Of a DNA stretch of 64,000 bases, positions 9,356 through 18,841 are shown one piece after another. Where the stretch lies: NCBI GenBank assembly GCA_903958395.1, contig CAJBSZ010000101.1:3894-67893 (forward strand), given 5' to 3'. Made by a program: the position numbers and the translations under genes. The first letter of the stretch is position 1; each line of letters begins with the position of its first letter. The DNA is from an uncultured bacterium. Lineage in GTDB: Bacteria; Verrucomicrobiota; Kiritimatiellia; CAIKKV01; CAITUY01. Under the pieces are notes generated by a model. The model made no database searches. It was given only the letters and a program-made list of their open reading frames with translations, and was not told the DNA's origin.

Positions 9356-9750
9356 GGTGTTTCCTTTGTCAGCAGTGCATGGGCTACTGCGAAATTGTGT
9401 GTATGGGAGAGACTGATGAGAATACGGGTGACTCCCTGCCTGCCCGCCAGAAGCCGGCCGTGCTCGCTGAGGGAGATGGAGGGAGCGCCGGAATCCGGAT
9501 CTTTCACGACTTCCATGTCGAGCCAGCCAAGGTCGGGCCCGATACCGGTGCCAAAAGCCTTGGCGACCGCTTCCTTGACGGCAAACCGTCCGGCGTAATA
9601 GAGCCAGGGAGCGGCCTTTCCGTCACAGTACGCCTGCTCGGAGGGGAGAAAGACACGGGCTTTGAAACGATCACCCCACTTCTCAAGCAACACACGAATC
9701 CGTTCGTTTTCAACGAGATCCACGCCGGTTCCAATAACGCCATCACCCAT
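9352..9750 (-). CDS. acpS: holo-[acyl-carrier-protein] synthase
   Basis: GTGVDLVENERI... AcpS motif; 132 aa; 4-bp overlap with nnr. Confidence 0.85.
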   Translation of the reverse strand: MGDGVIGTGVDLVENERIRVLLEKWGDRFKARVFLPSEQAYCDGKAAPWLYYAGRFAVKEAVAKAFGTGIGPDLGWLDMEVVKDPDSGAPSISLSEHGRLLAGRQGVTRILISLSHTHNFAVAHALLTKETP

Positions 9751-10499
9751 TATGGTTTTCCTCCCCGATAGGCGCGCATGGCGTTCAACATTTCTCGCAC
9801 GGCCCGGTTCAGGCCCGTGAAGACGGCATTGCAGATGATACTGTGGCCGATATTGAGGGTATGCAAGTGCGGGATTTCAAGAATGTCCGCCGCGTTTTCA
9901 AGGTTGATACCATGGCCGGCGTTGACCGTGAGCCCCATGGAATGGGCGAGCCGCGCACCGGCACACAGGCGGGCGAGTTCCTTCCGGGCGGCCGTGCCCT
10001 TGAGATCGCAGAAGGTTCCGGTGTGAAGTTCAATGACAGGCGCCCCGAGACGTGCAGCCGCTTCAATTTGCCGGGGATGGGCTTCGATGAACAGGCTGAC
10101 TTCGATTCCGGCATCCTTCAGTTTTTTGATTGTGGGGCGCAGGCGGCGTTCCTGTCCCGCCGCATCCAAACCGCCTTCGGTGGTCAACTCCTGTCGTCGC
10201 TCAGGAACAAGGCAGACCTCGTCCGGCTTGACCTTCAGCGCCACGGCAAGGACGTCCGCGTTATTGGCCATTTCAAGGTTGAGCCTGGTCTTGATGGCCT
10301 TTCGCAAGGCATAGACATCACGATCCTGAATATGGCGGCGATCCTCACGGAGGTGCACGGTAATTCCCCCGGCGCCAGCGGCTTCACACACGCGGGCCGC
10401 CTGCACCATGTCGGGATAAACGGTGCCACGCACCTGCCGGAGCGTCGCCACATGATCAATGTTCACGCCCAGTCGAAGTCGATACGGTTTCATAGTCAT
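9750..10499 (-). CDS. pdxJ: pyridoxine 5'-phosphate synthase
   Basis: LGVNIDHVATLRQVRG PdxJ signature. The start is placed at the ATG that forms an ATGA overlap with the upstream LRR gene stop. Confidence 0.85.
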   Translation of the reverse strand: MTMKPYRLRLGVNIDHVATLRQVRGTVYPDMVQAARVCEAAGAGGITVHLREDRRHIQDRDVYALRKAIKTRLNLEMANNADVLAVALKVKPDEVCLVPERRQELTTEGGLDAAGQERRLRPTIKKLKDAGIEVSLFIEAHPRQIEAAARLGAPVIELHTGTFCDLKGTAARKELARLCAGARLAHSMGLTVNAGHGINLENAADILEIPHLHTLNIGHSIICNAVFTGLNRAVREMLNAMRAYRGGKP

Positions 10500-11152
10500 T
10501 GGAATATCACCCTGCATTTCGGAAGTGCCTTTCGAATGCGTTGCTTTTCCGCATCCGGAATCGGATTGCCCATAAGATAAAGGGTTTTGAGGTTTTGTGC
10601 CAGTCCGTTGAGATCCGCCGGAAGGGCTGTCAGGCGGTTCTGGTTGAGGCGCAGCCAGGTCAGGTTGGATAACTGGCCCAGGGAATCGGGCAATGCCGTG
10701 AGCAGGTTGCGATCCAGATTAAGGTAGGCCAGTTTCGAGAGTTGGCCCAGTTCAGGTGGAAGTGAGGTGAGGCGGTTGTCGTTGAGCCAGAGCCGGGACA
10801 GGTTGGAAAGACGGCCTACCGCCGGAGTGAGGTTGGTCAGGCTGGATTCTCCGGCGTCCAGGCGGGACAGTTTTGACAGCACCCCGATTTCTTCCGGGAA
10901 GGCGCCGATTCGACACGTGCGCAGGGTGAGACTTTCCAGATTCCTCAGTTTCAGGATATCCCGGGGAAACGAGGGGAGACGACGGTAAAACAAATCCAAT
11001 TCACGGGTTTTGTCAGGTGCTTCCAGGGCTTCCTCCATCGTGGTGGCCCGCTGCGGATCCCGTGGTGGTGTGGCAGGTTTCGGGGAGCAGCCGGACAGCA
11101 AGGCGGCTTCACCCAGTACCAGGCAAAACAAAAGTATGGCATTGATCTTCAT
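10496..11152 (-). CDS. leucine-rich-repeat lipoprotein
   Basis: Signal peptide with an LSGC lipobox, then about 7 LxxLxxLxLxxNxLxxLP repeats. Confidence 0.7.
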   Translation of the reverse strand: MKINAILLFCLVLGEAALLSGCSPKPATPPRDPQRATTMEEALEAPDKTRELDLFYRRLPSFPRDILKLRNLESLTLRTCRIGAFPEEIGVLSKLSRLDAGESSLTNLTPAVGRLSNLSRLWLNDNRLTSLPPELGQLSKLAYLNLDRNLLTALPDSLGQLSNLTWLRLNQNRLTALPADLNGLAQNLKTLYLMGNPIPDAEKQRIRKALPKCRVIFQ

Positions 11153-11156
11153 TCGG

Positions 11157-11900
11157 TCAGGGATGGTGCCGTGTGCGAGGGGGGGAAGTCAACTCTCCGC
11201 TCCAGATGGGAATGCAGGTTGACTCGTCGGTTTGGAGCAACAGTTCACCGTCCTCTCCGAATCCCGCCAGCACCCCGTTGCGTTCATGGTTGCCATCGCG
11301 GAGGCGAATGGGTTTGCCCAGGTTCGTGACCCGGGCTTCCCAGCTTTTCCGGATTCCGGGAAAGCCATGGTTTTCCCAGGCGGCGAGGTGCGGAACAAGC
11401 TTTTCCAGGAGACCCTGAAGGAGTGGCTCGCGATCATAATGCTTCCCTGATTCGAGTCGCATGGATGTCGCCGGCTGGTCAATGTGCCCCGTTGTGTCCA
11501 TGTTCACATTGAGGCCGATGCCGATGATGACGCCGCCTGAAACCGCTTCGGAAAGGATGCCGCAGATTTTCTTTCCATTCACCAAAACATCATTGGGCCA
11601 TTTAAGGGAGGCGTGAATTCCCCCGTTCTCCAGAAAGTCGGCTACTGCCACGGCGGCGGCCATGGAGACGGAGGGGAGACGGTGGAGGTCAGGCCCGGCC
11701 CTGAGGAACAGCGAGAAGGTCAGGTCTTCGTTCTTTCCTGAAATCCAGATGCGGTCAAGCCGTCCCCGCCCCCCGGTTTGTTCGCGGGCGGCAATGACGG
11801 TGCCCGATGGCAAATCGGGCGTCCTTTCCGCTAGTTCCTGAAGCGTGGTGTTTGTGGACGACAGACGATCGTGCCAGATGATGTTGAATGGGAGTTTCAT
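11157..11900 (-). CDS. birA: biotin--[acetyl-CoA-carboxylase] ligase
   Basis: GRGRLDRIWIS (GRGRxGRxW) biotin-binding motif; 247 aa with no N-terminal HTH, i.e. a group I BirA. Confidence 0.8.
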   Translation of the reverse strand: MKLPFNIIWHDRLSSTNTTLQELAERTPDLPSGTVIAAREQTGGRGRLDRIWISGKNEDLTFSLFLRAGPDLHRLPSVSMAAAVAVADFLENGGIHASLKWPNDVLVNGKKICGILSEAVSGGVIIGIGLNVNMDTTGHIDQPATSMRLESGKHYDREPLLQGLLEKLVPHLAAWENHGFPGIRKSWEARVTNLGKPIRLRDGNHERNGVLAGFGEDGELLLQTDESTCIPIWSGELTSPPRTRHHP

Positions 11901-11959
11901 ATCGACAAGGGCGTTTTTACTCGATTACGGGGTTTGGATCACCTATTAATTCACAGATT

Positions 11960-12517
11960 ATGTCGTTGCTTCAAATCATCCTGATTGCGTTTGCGCTGGC
12001 TCTGGATGCGTTTGCCGTATCCGTGGCGGCGGGCTTTTCCATTCCCAAGGTTCGCGTCCGGCATGCCTTGACCTATGGCGCCTGGTTTGGCGGGTTTCAG
12101 GCGATCATGCCGCTGGCAGGCTGGTTCGGCGGCCGGACGCTGGCGGTGTATATCAGCGAAGTGGACCATTGGATCGCCTTCGGACTTCTAACGCTGGTTG
12201 GCGGGAAGATGATCTATGAATCGTTCCGGATTGAAGAACAGGAAAAGCCGAAGGATCCTTTGGCCGTAAAGATGCTCTTCATGTTGGCGGTCGCCACCAG
12301 CATCGATGCGTTTGCTGTCGGGCTCAGTTTTGCGTTGCTGAATGTGACGGTGCTTCTGCCCATCTTGATTATCGGCGTGGTGACATTCGGACTGTCTTAT
12401 GCCGGGGTATACCTGGGGGCAAAAGGAAGCCATTTCTTCGAGCGCAAGATCGAGGTGGTTGGCGGATTGATCCTGATTGCAATCGGGATCAAGATTCTCT
12501 GGAGCCATCTGGCCTGA
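11960..12517 (+). CDS. mntP: manganese efflux pump MntP
   Basis: Six-TM DUF204/MntP protein with the repeated ALALDAFAVS / AVATSIDAFAVG motifs; start moved to the internal ATG. Confidence 0.8.
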   Translation: MSLLQIILIAFALALDAFAVSVAAGFSIPKVRVRHALTYGAWFGGFQAIMPLAGWFGGRTLAVYISEVDHWIAFGLLTLVGGKMIYESFRIEEQEKPKDPLAVKMLFMLAVATSIDAFAVGLSFALLNVTVLLPILIIGVVTFGLSYAGVYLGAKGSHFFERKIEVVGGLILIAIGIKILWSHLA

Positions 12518-12542
12518 TCCTGGCCGTAACGATGGGGTGGAA

Positions 12543-13382
12543 TTACCGTAGGCCAAGGCGTTTTAACCAGCTGATAAAATCCCGCGGAAGCGGAGCTTCA
12601 GTCCGGATTTTCTGGCCGCTGATGGGTGACGTGAAGGTCAAGCTGGCGGCGTGGAGCATCTGCCGCTCAATAGTCCTGAATTCCTCGGGAATGGCGCCCC
12701 TGCTGGCGTAGGTTCGGTCGCCCAGGACGGGATGCCCGATGTAGGCGAGATGTTTCCGGATCTGATGGGTGCGGCCGGTTTCGATTTTTACCTTAAGGTG
12801 GCTGACGCCGGGGTTGCTGGCGACACAATGAAGATGGGTTATCGCGGGCTCGCCTTCCAGTGCGTATTCAATCTGGCGTTCACGTTCCTTGATCTGGCCG
12901 GCCGCCAGGGCATGGTATACCTTTGAAATCTTCTGTCCCTTGAACAACTCCACCGCCTTGTCAAAGGCATCCTTTGACCGGGCAATCAGAATGCAACCGG
13001 AAGTGTCGCGATCCAACCGGTGGACGGCCTGGAGATTGGGCTGATTCAACATCGCGCGAAGATCCGCTTCAAGACTGTCGGGCCCGTTGGAGAGCCGCCC
13101 GGGGGCCTTGTTGACCACCAGGTAGTCGTTGTCCTGAAACAAGATGATCGGGGTAGGGGGAGTTTTCCGTTTGGAGGGGACTCCCGGCACGATGACTTCC
13201 ACGACATCTCCCCTTGCCAGCGTATGCTTGGTCATCCAGATCCGGCGTCCATTCACGAAGGCCATTCTCTGGTCGAGGATGTCCTTGGCCTTATTCCGGG
13301 AAAGGTTGAGTTGGCGTGCCAGAAAATCCTGAAGAGGCATTCCCGCCTGCTCCGGTCTGACCTGATGTCGTTGTGGTTGCAT
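12543..13382 (-). CDS. RluA-family pseudouridine synthase with N-terminal S4 domain
   Basis: HRLDRDTSGCILIA catalytic motif. The start is chosen at an internal Met; the ORF-track extension to 13472 is implausible. Confidence 0.75.
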   Translation of the reverse strand: MQPQRHQVRPEQAGMPLQDFLARQLNLSRNKAKDILDQRMAFVNGRRIWMTKHTLARGDVVEVIVPGVPSKRKTPPTPIILFQDNDYLVVNKAPGRLSNGPDSLEADLRAMLNQPNLQAVHRLDRDTSGCILIARSKDAFDKAVELFKGQKISKVYHALAAGQIKERERQIEYALEGEPAITHLHCVASNPGVSHLKVKIETGRTHQIRKHLAYIGHPVLGDRTYASRGAIPEEFRTIERQMLHAASLTFTSPISGQKIRTEAPLPRDFISWLKRLGLR

Positions 13383-13506
13383 GCGGGGAATTATGGAGTG
13401 GTGAAAGGCGGGTGTCGAGTATCGAGTGTCGAGACGCAAAGAAACTTGATTGAAGCCGTGGGAATTATACACTGCCTTAAGTCAACAATCGAAATGGGAG
13501 GATTTT

Positions 13507-14247
13507 ATGCGCGGGATCAATATCTGGAGCCGGATGGTTTTGGTGGGCGTTGTCGGGGCACTTTGTTTGGCGGGCGGTTTTTCGGCGTGGGCCGGGGGGA
13601 ATGAGCGGATTGCCATCTTGCTGGATTCCGGGAGCAATGACCGGGAAAATCGCCAGATTGCTTCACGAATGGAACGGGATTTGAAGAATGTGCTCGATAA
13701 ACGGGGGAATTATGATTCCCGGATTCTTCGTTCCCGCGATGAATTCAAGCCCGGGGTGGGCGAATACCTGCTCTCCGTGCGGATCGTCCGGTACAACTCG
13801 GGCAGTAAGGCCGCCCGCATCATTGTCGGGTTCGGCGCGGGTGCCTGCTCGCTGGACATTCATTATGAATTGTTCGGGCCAAACGAAAACATGCTGCTGT
13901 CCAAGGATGACGGGTGTGGGTCCAGTCTCGACTGGCAGCGGCTGGCCCGAAAGTTGAATGAGAACATGCTGGCGGCCATTCAGGCACGCCTGCGGGCAGG
14001 TAACTTGGATGCCACGGTCGCCCCGGCGCCGATGGCGCCGGTCGCGCCGGTTCAGGCGGTGGCTCCGGTTGTCGCCCCGGTTTCAGCTCCTGTGGTGACG
14101 CCAACACCGGCTCCTGTATCCGCCCCGGCCGCTGTCGCCGGTGATTCCGTGGAGCAGCTTCGTCAATTGGACGCCATGAAGAAACAGCGTCTGATTTCCG
14201 AGAGCGAGTACAAGCAGAAGCGCAAGCAGATCCTTGACAGGCTGTAG
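13507..14247 (+). CDS. membrane-anchored/secreted hypothetical protein with C-terminal SHOCT domain
   Basis: N-terminal hydrophobic segment, a central domain of unknown function, an (A/P/V)-rich linker and a C-terminal SESEYKQKRKQIL SHOCT-like motif; GGAGG RBS before the ATG at 13507. Confidence 0.5.
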   Translation: MRGINIWSRMVLVGVVGALCLAGGFSAWAGGNERIAILLDSGSNDRENRQIASRMERDLKNVLDKRGNYDSRILRSRDEFKPGVGEYLLSVRIVRYNSGSKAARIIVGFGAGACSLDIHYELFGPNENMLLSKDDGCGSSLDWQRLARKLNENMLAAIQARLRAGNLDATVAPAPMAPVAPVQAVAPVVAPVSAPVVTPTPAPVSAPAAVAGDSVEQLRQLDAMKKQRLISESEYKQKRKQILDRL

Positions 14248-14270
14248 GGGCCGACGCTACTGAAAAATCC

Positions 14271-14936
14271 ATGAAATCATCCCGGAATGGAAAATTCGGC
14301 ATATTTGTCACGGGTACCGATACGGGCGTTGGGAAGACGGTGGTCGTGGCCAGTCTGTTGTCGCGTTTCAGGGCGGGTGGGGTGGATGCGGTTCCCATGA
14401 AACCGGTGCAGACGGGATGCAGGCTGGTTCAGGGGCGACCGGTGGCGCCTGATCTTGCCTTCTGCTTGAAAGCCGTCCGACTTAACCCGGGCAGGCGCGA
14501 TAGGGCCGACATGGCTCCCTATTGTTTCGCTCCGGCTTGTTCGCCCCACCTGGCGGCAAAGGAGGCAGGTGTACGCATCTCCCTACCGGTCATCGAGCGT
14601 GCGTTCCGTCGATTGAGCCGGGCTCATGAAGTGGTGGTCGTGGAGGGAGCCGGAGGTGTTCTCGTGCCGGTGAATGACCGGCAAACCATGCTGGATCTGA
14701 TGATCCGGTTGCGACTTCCCGTACTTCTGGTGGCCCGGCCTGGGGTGGGAACCCTTAATCACACCCTGCTTTCCCTGCATGCGCTTCATGGAGCCGGGCT
14801 CACGGTGATGGGCGTGATTTTGAATCAGGCGACGCCCGGTCGATGGGGGCGGATTGAAGAGGATAACGTCCGTACGATAGAGCGTCTTGGCGGAGTGAAG
14901 GTGCTGGCGTGCGTGCGGTACGGGGAAACGGTTTAG
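14271..14936 (+). CDS. bioD: ATP-dependent dethiobiotin synthetase
   Basis: FVTGTDTGVGKT P-loop and BioD fold. Confidence 0.8.
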   Translation: MKSSRNGKFGIFVTGTDTGVGKTVVVASLLSRFRAGGVDAVPMKPVQTGCRLVQGRPVAPDLAFCLKAVRLNPGRRDRADMAPYCFAPACSPHLAAKEAGVRISLPVIERAFRRLSRAHEVVVVEGAGGVLVPVNDRQTMLDLMIRLRLPVLLVARPGVGTLNHTLLSLHALHGAGLTVMGVILNQATPGRWGRIEEDNVRTIERLGGVKVLACVRYGETV

Positions 14937-16060
14937 TTCGTTTCCGCCGCCTGTTCCACCCGGGTTCCCGGCGGGATCTGAATGGTTGCCTCGCCATCCA
15001 GTTCAGAGAAATGTCCCTTTGGCTTGCAATTGAAATTCAGCACCCAGACTTCGTTCGTCTTGACCCATAAGGCGGAATGCCGGATGCGGCTCCAGGGCCA
15101 GCCGAATCCCTGGGCTTCACCGGTGATGAGTATCCGGTCGCTGAGGTCGGGGTTGGCCTTCAGGGCGATTCGGCATTTTTTGACATCAAGCCGGAGCGAC
15201 GGCGCACCGTTGGGGCTCTGCATGTCATACTTGATTTCCACAAAGGCGGGGGTTCCGAACAGGATGGCCGCAAGCATGGCAATCGCGAGAGGGGGAGCGA
15301 TCCAGACCAGCCAGCGGGATTTCAGGATGGCATGTCCCCTGCCTTGCTCCGGGGTGTCTTCCGTTTGAGGAATCCGAAGAACAAAATAATACAGTCCCCA
15401 GGCGATCACGCAGGGAAAGACCGCCGACCACACCACATCGGAGGCAAAATGGGCGCCAGCCGCCATCCGGGCCACCCCGATGAGGGTTCCATACAGGGCG
15501 GTTCCTGCAAAGGCGGCCACCGCAAGACGCTTATGGTTCCGTCGGGCAAGAAAGTAGAAGGCGATGAAGTAATAGCCCATGGAACTGTGGCCGCAGGGGA
15601 ATGATTTTCCGCGTCCTCCGGTTCCTTTTTCATAAAAACACTGATAGGTCATGGTGCCGCCAAGCTCCGTGACCTGTCTCGGACGGGGGCGCCCCCAATG
15701 ATCCTTGAAGATCGTGTTCACGAAGAGGCCGGGCCCCAGGGCCATGGTGAGAAATGCCAGGGCGGCATGCTTGCGCCATCGGGCGAGCGACGGCTTAGTG
15801 AGCGCCGCCACCAGGATCCCCAGTGATGTCAACGCCGTCAGGAGGGCGGGCCAGGGGCCGAACGTATAGAGAAACCGCCAGAAGGCATCGAATTCGTGAG
15901 GCCAGGGTCGTTCTGCGCCCGGGTGATAAAATAGCGATAGGAGTTTAATGTCCAGTGCCGGAGTGAGGAATGGAACCGTGGCGACTCCAGCCAGGAGACC
16001 AATCCAGAGCAGGTCCGCAAGCCAGGGTGATCGGAGGATTGGATCGGATGAGTTAGTCAC
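14933..16060 (-). CDS. PAP2-family lipid phosphatase with ~125-aa C-terminal extension
   Basis: KDHWGRPRP ... PCGHSS ... AGAHFASDV are the three PAP2 motifs; multiple TM helices. Confidence 0.75.
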   Translation of the reverse strand: MTNSSDPILRSPWLADLLWIGLLAGVATVPFLTPALDIKLLSLFYHPGAERPWPHEFDAFWRFLYTFGPWPALLTALTSLGILVAALTKPSLARWRKHAALAFLTMALGPGLFVNTIFKDHWGRPRPRQVTELGGTMTYQCFYEKGTGGRGKSFPCGHSSMGYYFIAFYFLARRNHKRLAVAAFAGTALYGTLIGVARMAAGAHFASDVVWSAVFPCVIAWGLYYFVLRIPQTEDTPEQGRGHAILKSRWLVWIAPPLAIAMLAAILFGTPAFVEIKYDMQSPNGAPSLRLDVKKCRIALKANPDLSDRILITGEAQGFGWPWSRIRHSALWVKTNEVWVLNFNCKPKGHFSELDGEATIQIPPGTRVEQAAETN

Positions 16061-17183
16061 AACGTTTGATCAGGATAAGCCCGAGCCCGATTGACACGAC
16101 CGCCGGAATCCAGACGATCAAATGGGGCTGGGTCCAGGGATGTTTAATGAGGGTTTCCGCCACAATGATGAAAAGGTAGAAGAGGAAGATCAGGCCGAGA
16201 CTGATTCCGATTCCCACGGTGGTTTCCTGCCGGTGGGTTTTTGTGGCCAGTGGGGCGCCGAGCAGAACGAACGCAAAGCAGGCTACCGCCAGCACGATGC
16301 GCTTGTGAAATTCGACCCGCAGCGACATATCCTGCCGTTCGAGAGCCGCTGCATCAAGTTCCGGATAAATCTTTTTGATCCCGTTCCGGGCGTCCATGAT
16401 TTCAAGCAGAGTCATATCACTTTTTTTCTTCACCCCGCCGGCGGGCTCGGCACCGGTGAGACGGCTCAGGTCAATCACGTAGGGGAAATGGCTTGCGGTT
16501 CCCGGTCCGGGGCGATCCTCGTAAAAGGGGTCGATGCGAACCTCATAAAGGTCAACCAGCAGGCCTGTTTTATCAGCGGTCGGGGAGATGGTTCCGCGCT
16601 GGGCCCGGATGGTTCGTGGCGCGGACCCTCTCTGGTTCTGATAGATGATCACATCCTCGACGTTCTGGCCGCGCTTGGAGCCGACGTAAAAGGTGATGCC
16701 TGGAAAATCACGGATGGGGCGGCCCTCCTCAATCAATTGCAGGGGGGATTCAATCCCGAGCTGGCGCAGGGCGTCCCGCCGGGCGTGGTAGCTGATGGGA
16801 ATCAGCTCGGCGTTCAAATAGAGGCAGACGGAGGCCATCAGGAGTGCAAAGAGGATGGGAGCAGCCATGATTTGAAGCATGCGAATGCCGCTTCCCTTCA
16901 TGGCGGTGATTTCACCGTTGGCGGAAAGTTTTCCAAAGGTCAGGAGCGCCGCCGTGATGATGCTGACGGGGATGGAGAAGCCGAAGGCGGAGGGCAGCCC
17001 GGCCAGGAATATTTTGGTGATCAACGCCAGGGATCCGCCTGCGGCAATGGCGTCGGTGATCCGGAAAAGCACCATCACGCACATGACAAAGGTCAGCACA
17101 AACAGGGTCATCCCGAAGGTAACCAGATAACTGTCCCTGACATATCGTGAAACAATGCGCACTACCGTTCTCCCGAAAAACAA
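16053..17183 (-). CDS. LptF/LptG-family LPS export permease (YjgP/YjgQ)
   Basis: 376 aa with N-terminal TM helices, a large periplasmic loop and C-terminal TM helices; typical LptF/G topology. Confidence 0.7.
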   Translation of the reverse strand: MFFGRTVVRIVSRYVRDSYLVTFGMTLFVLTFVMCVMVLFRITDAIAAGGSLALITKIFLAGLPSAFGFSIPVSIITAALLTFGKLSANGEITAMKGSGIRMLQIMAAPILFALLMASVCLYLNAELIPISYHARRDALRQLGIESPLQLIEEGRPIRDFPGITFYVGSKRGQNVEDVIIYQNQRGSAPRTIRAQRGTISPTADKTGLLVDLYEVRIDPFYEDRPGPGTASHFPYVIDLSRLTGAEPAGGVKKKSDMTLLEIMDARNGIKKIYPELDAAALERQDMSLRVEFHKRIVLAVACFAFVLLGAPLATKTHRQETTVGIGISLGLIFLFYLFIIVAETLIKHPWTQPHLIVWIPAVVSIGLGLILIKRCD

Positions 17184-17231
17184 GTCCCGTTCTTATACTG
17201 GGCAGGGGGGGGAATGGCAAGGAGAGAAGCG

Positions 17232-18815
17232 TCACTTCATGTGCGGTTCGTGGCAGGGGCCGCGGTATTCGTAAGCCTGGTAGACTCGGCCGTAGAAGCG
17301 GGTTCGTTCGATGACTTGGAAATAGAGCGCCCGCTCCCACGTCCACTGTTCATGGTCGAATAAAATGGCCGGCCGGCCGATCAAGGCGGGATCAGCCAGA
17401 TTCGTGTCGGTAAAATAATCATAGGAGGATTCCCGGCCCCCGCGATAACTGTCGGCACAATACACGACGGGGTGGCCTTTCATGTAGAAGGCCAGGAGGG
17501 CGGCCCGCCCGTAGGTCGAAGCCACATAAAAAGGGGTTTTCCCTGTTTCGCGCGCCATTTCACCCGACGCTTCCTCCACGCTGCGGGCAAAACGGGGAAA
17601 CCCGCTGACCCGCATGAGTGCCCGTTCCGTGTTAATGGGTTTCCCGCTGATCTTGATTTTTCCAATTGCCCGGAGGGGGTAGGGAGCGAAGGAAATCAGG
17701 ATGATCAAGGCCAGTCCCAGCCCCACCGTCCATCGCCACAGAATCCGGGAAGTGCGGTCGGACTCCAGTCGTTCAGCCAGGAAGCAGGCGATTGGAACGA
17801 GAAGGCCGATAAACGCGGCGGTGGGCCAGTTCAGTTTTATATCGGTTCGGAAGGACACCAACTGGTAGAAGAAAAATGCAGGGGCTCCAATGTGGATGGC
17901 GAAGGACACAATTTTACGGAGCGGGGACGTCTGGTCCCTGTCAGTTTCTGGAGGGTAGTATGCGGCTCGAACGGTCCGGATCAGGAGCAGGGCGGCGGGG
18001 GGGGCCAGCAGAGCAAAAGCATAGAAAGGGTAACTGACTGTCCAGAGAGGATTGTAGCGCCAGTCGGCCGCCGGGGCGACATCGCCGCCCGGCAGGCGCA
18101 TGGCGCCGATGAGGTGGCTGATAGTGGGCCACCCGTGTTGCTGATTCCAAATGGCAATGGGCATGGCAAAGAGAATTACCCCCGCGAGCATGGCCAGTGA
18201 TCCGGCGATCCGGTGGGCGCGTGAGATCTGCCCGTGTCGGAACAGGAACACGAGGAGCCCGGGGAGAATGAGTAAGACGGTATATTTACACAGCATTCCC
18301 AGACCGATGAAGGCGCCGAGAAGAAAGAACCATCCCGGGGTGGTCCGGTGGTTACAGGCCATGATCCAGCCGGTGAAGGCGACGGCCAGCCAGCAGGCAT
18401 AATAGGGGCCATCAGTGGTCATGAACTGGCTTGTGCCATGGAACACGGGGAGCAGGCAGAAGAGAAGCATCGCCAGCCAGCCGGCACGCCGGTTCCCGCC
18501 TGACGCATGGGTCGCGAAGGCGGCCAGGATCAGCATGGAAGAAAACGCGGCGAGGGCTGCAGGCAGGCGCACAGCCCATTCGGTGATGCCAAAGACATGA
18601 ACCGCCGGAGCGATCAGCCAGGCGATGGCCGGGCCTTTGCTGTAGTACGACCAATCGAGGCGGCGCGACCAGTCCCAGTATTGCGCCTCGTCGGCGACCA
18701 GCTCGAAGGGACACAGCCAGACCAGATAGGCGATTCTCATGAGCAGGACGAGACCGGCGAAAAGAATCAGGCGGATCCATGACGGTTGCGTGATCGGGTT
18801 GTTCAGTGTTTTCAC
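17232..18815 (-). CDS. ArnT/PMT-like (GT39/GT83) polyprenyl-phosphate-sugar-dependent glycosyltransferase
   Basis: N-terminal ...DEAQYWDWSRRL... GT-C motif and about 12 TM helices plus a C-terminal soluble domain. The start is trimmed to the GTG at 18815, because the track ORF overlaps wbaP. Confidence 0.65.
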   Translation of the reverse strand: MKTLNNPITQPSWIRLILFAGLVLLMRIAYLVWLCPFELVADEAQYWDWSRRLDWSYYSKGPAIAWLIAPAVHVFGITEWAVRLPAALAAFSSMLILAAFATHASGGNRRAGWLAMLLFCLLPVFHGTSQFMTTDGPYYACWLAVAFTGWIMACNHRTTPGWFFLLGAFIGLGMLCKYTVLLILPGLLVFLFRHGQISRAHRIAGSLAMLAGVILFAMPIAIWNQQHGWPTISHLIGAMRLPGGDVAPAADWRYNPLWTVSYPFYAFALLAPPAALLLIRTVRAAYYPPETDRDQTSPLRKIVSFAIHIGAPAFFFYQLVSFRTDIKLNWPTAAFIGLLVPIACFLAERLESDRTSRILWRWTVGLGLALIILISFAPYPLRAIGKIKISGKPINTERALMRVSGFPRFARSVEEASGEMARETGKTPFYVASTYGRAALLAFYMKGHPVVYCADSYRGGRESSYDYFTDTNLADPALIGRPAILFDHEQWTWERALYFQVIERTRFYGRVYQAYEYRGPCHEPHMK

Positions 18816-18841
18816 TTTAGGACTGTTTTTGCGGTGCCGGT

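Noticed and set aside
11901-11959. Mn2+ (yybP-ykoY) riboswitch expected upstream of mntP
   Set aside because: The leader is only 59 nt, too short for the ~100-nt aptamer, and no conserved riboswitch motifs were recognisable.
16122-17150. 342-aa plus-strand ORF antisense to the LptF/G permease gene; similar long antisense ORFs lie at 34152..35411, 21296..22120, 35646..36458 and 15077..15604
   Set aside because: Gly/Asp/His/Arg-rich low-complexity translations typical of the reverse frame of high-GC genes; they overlap well-supported genes and have no motifs.
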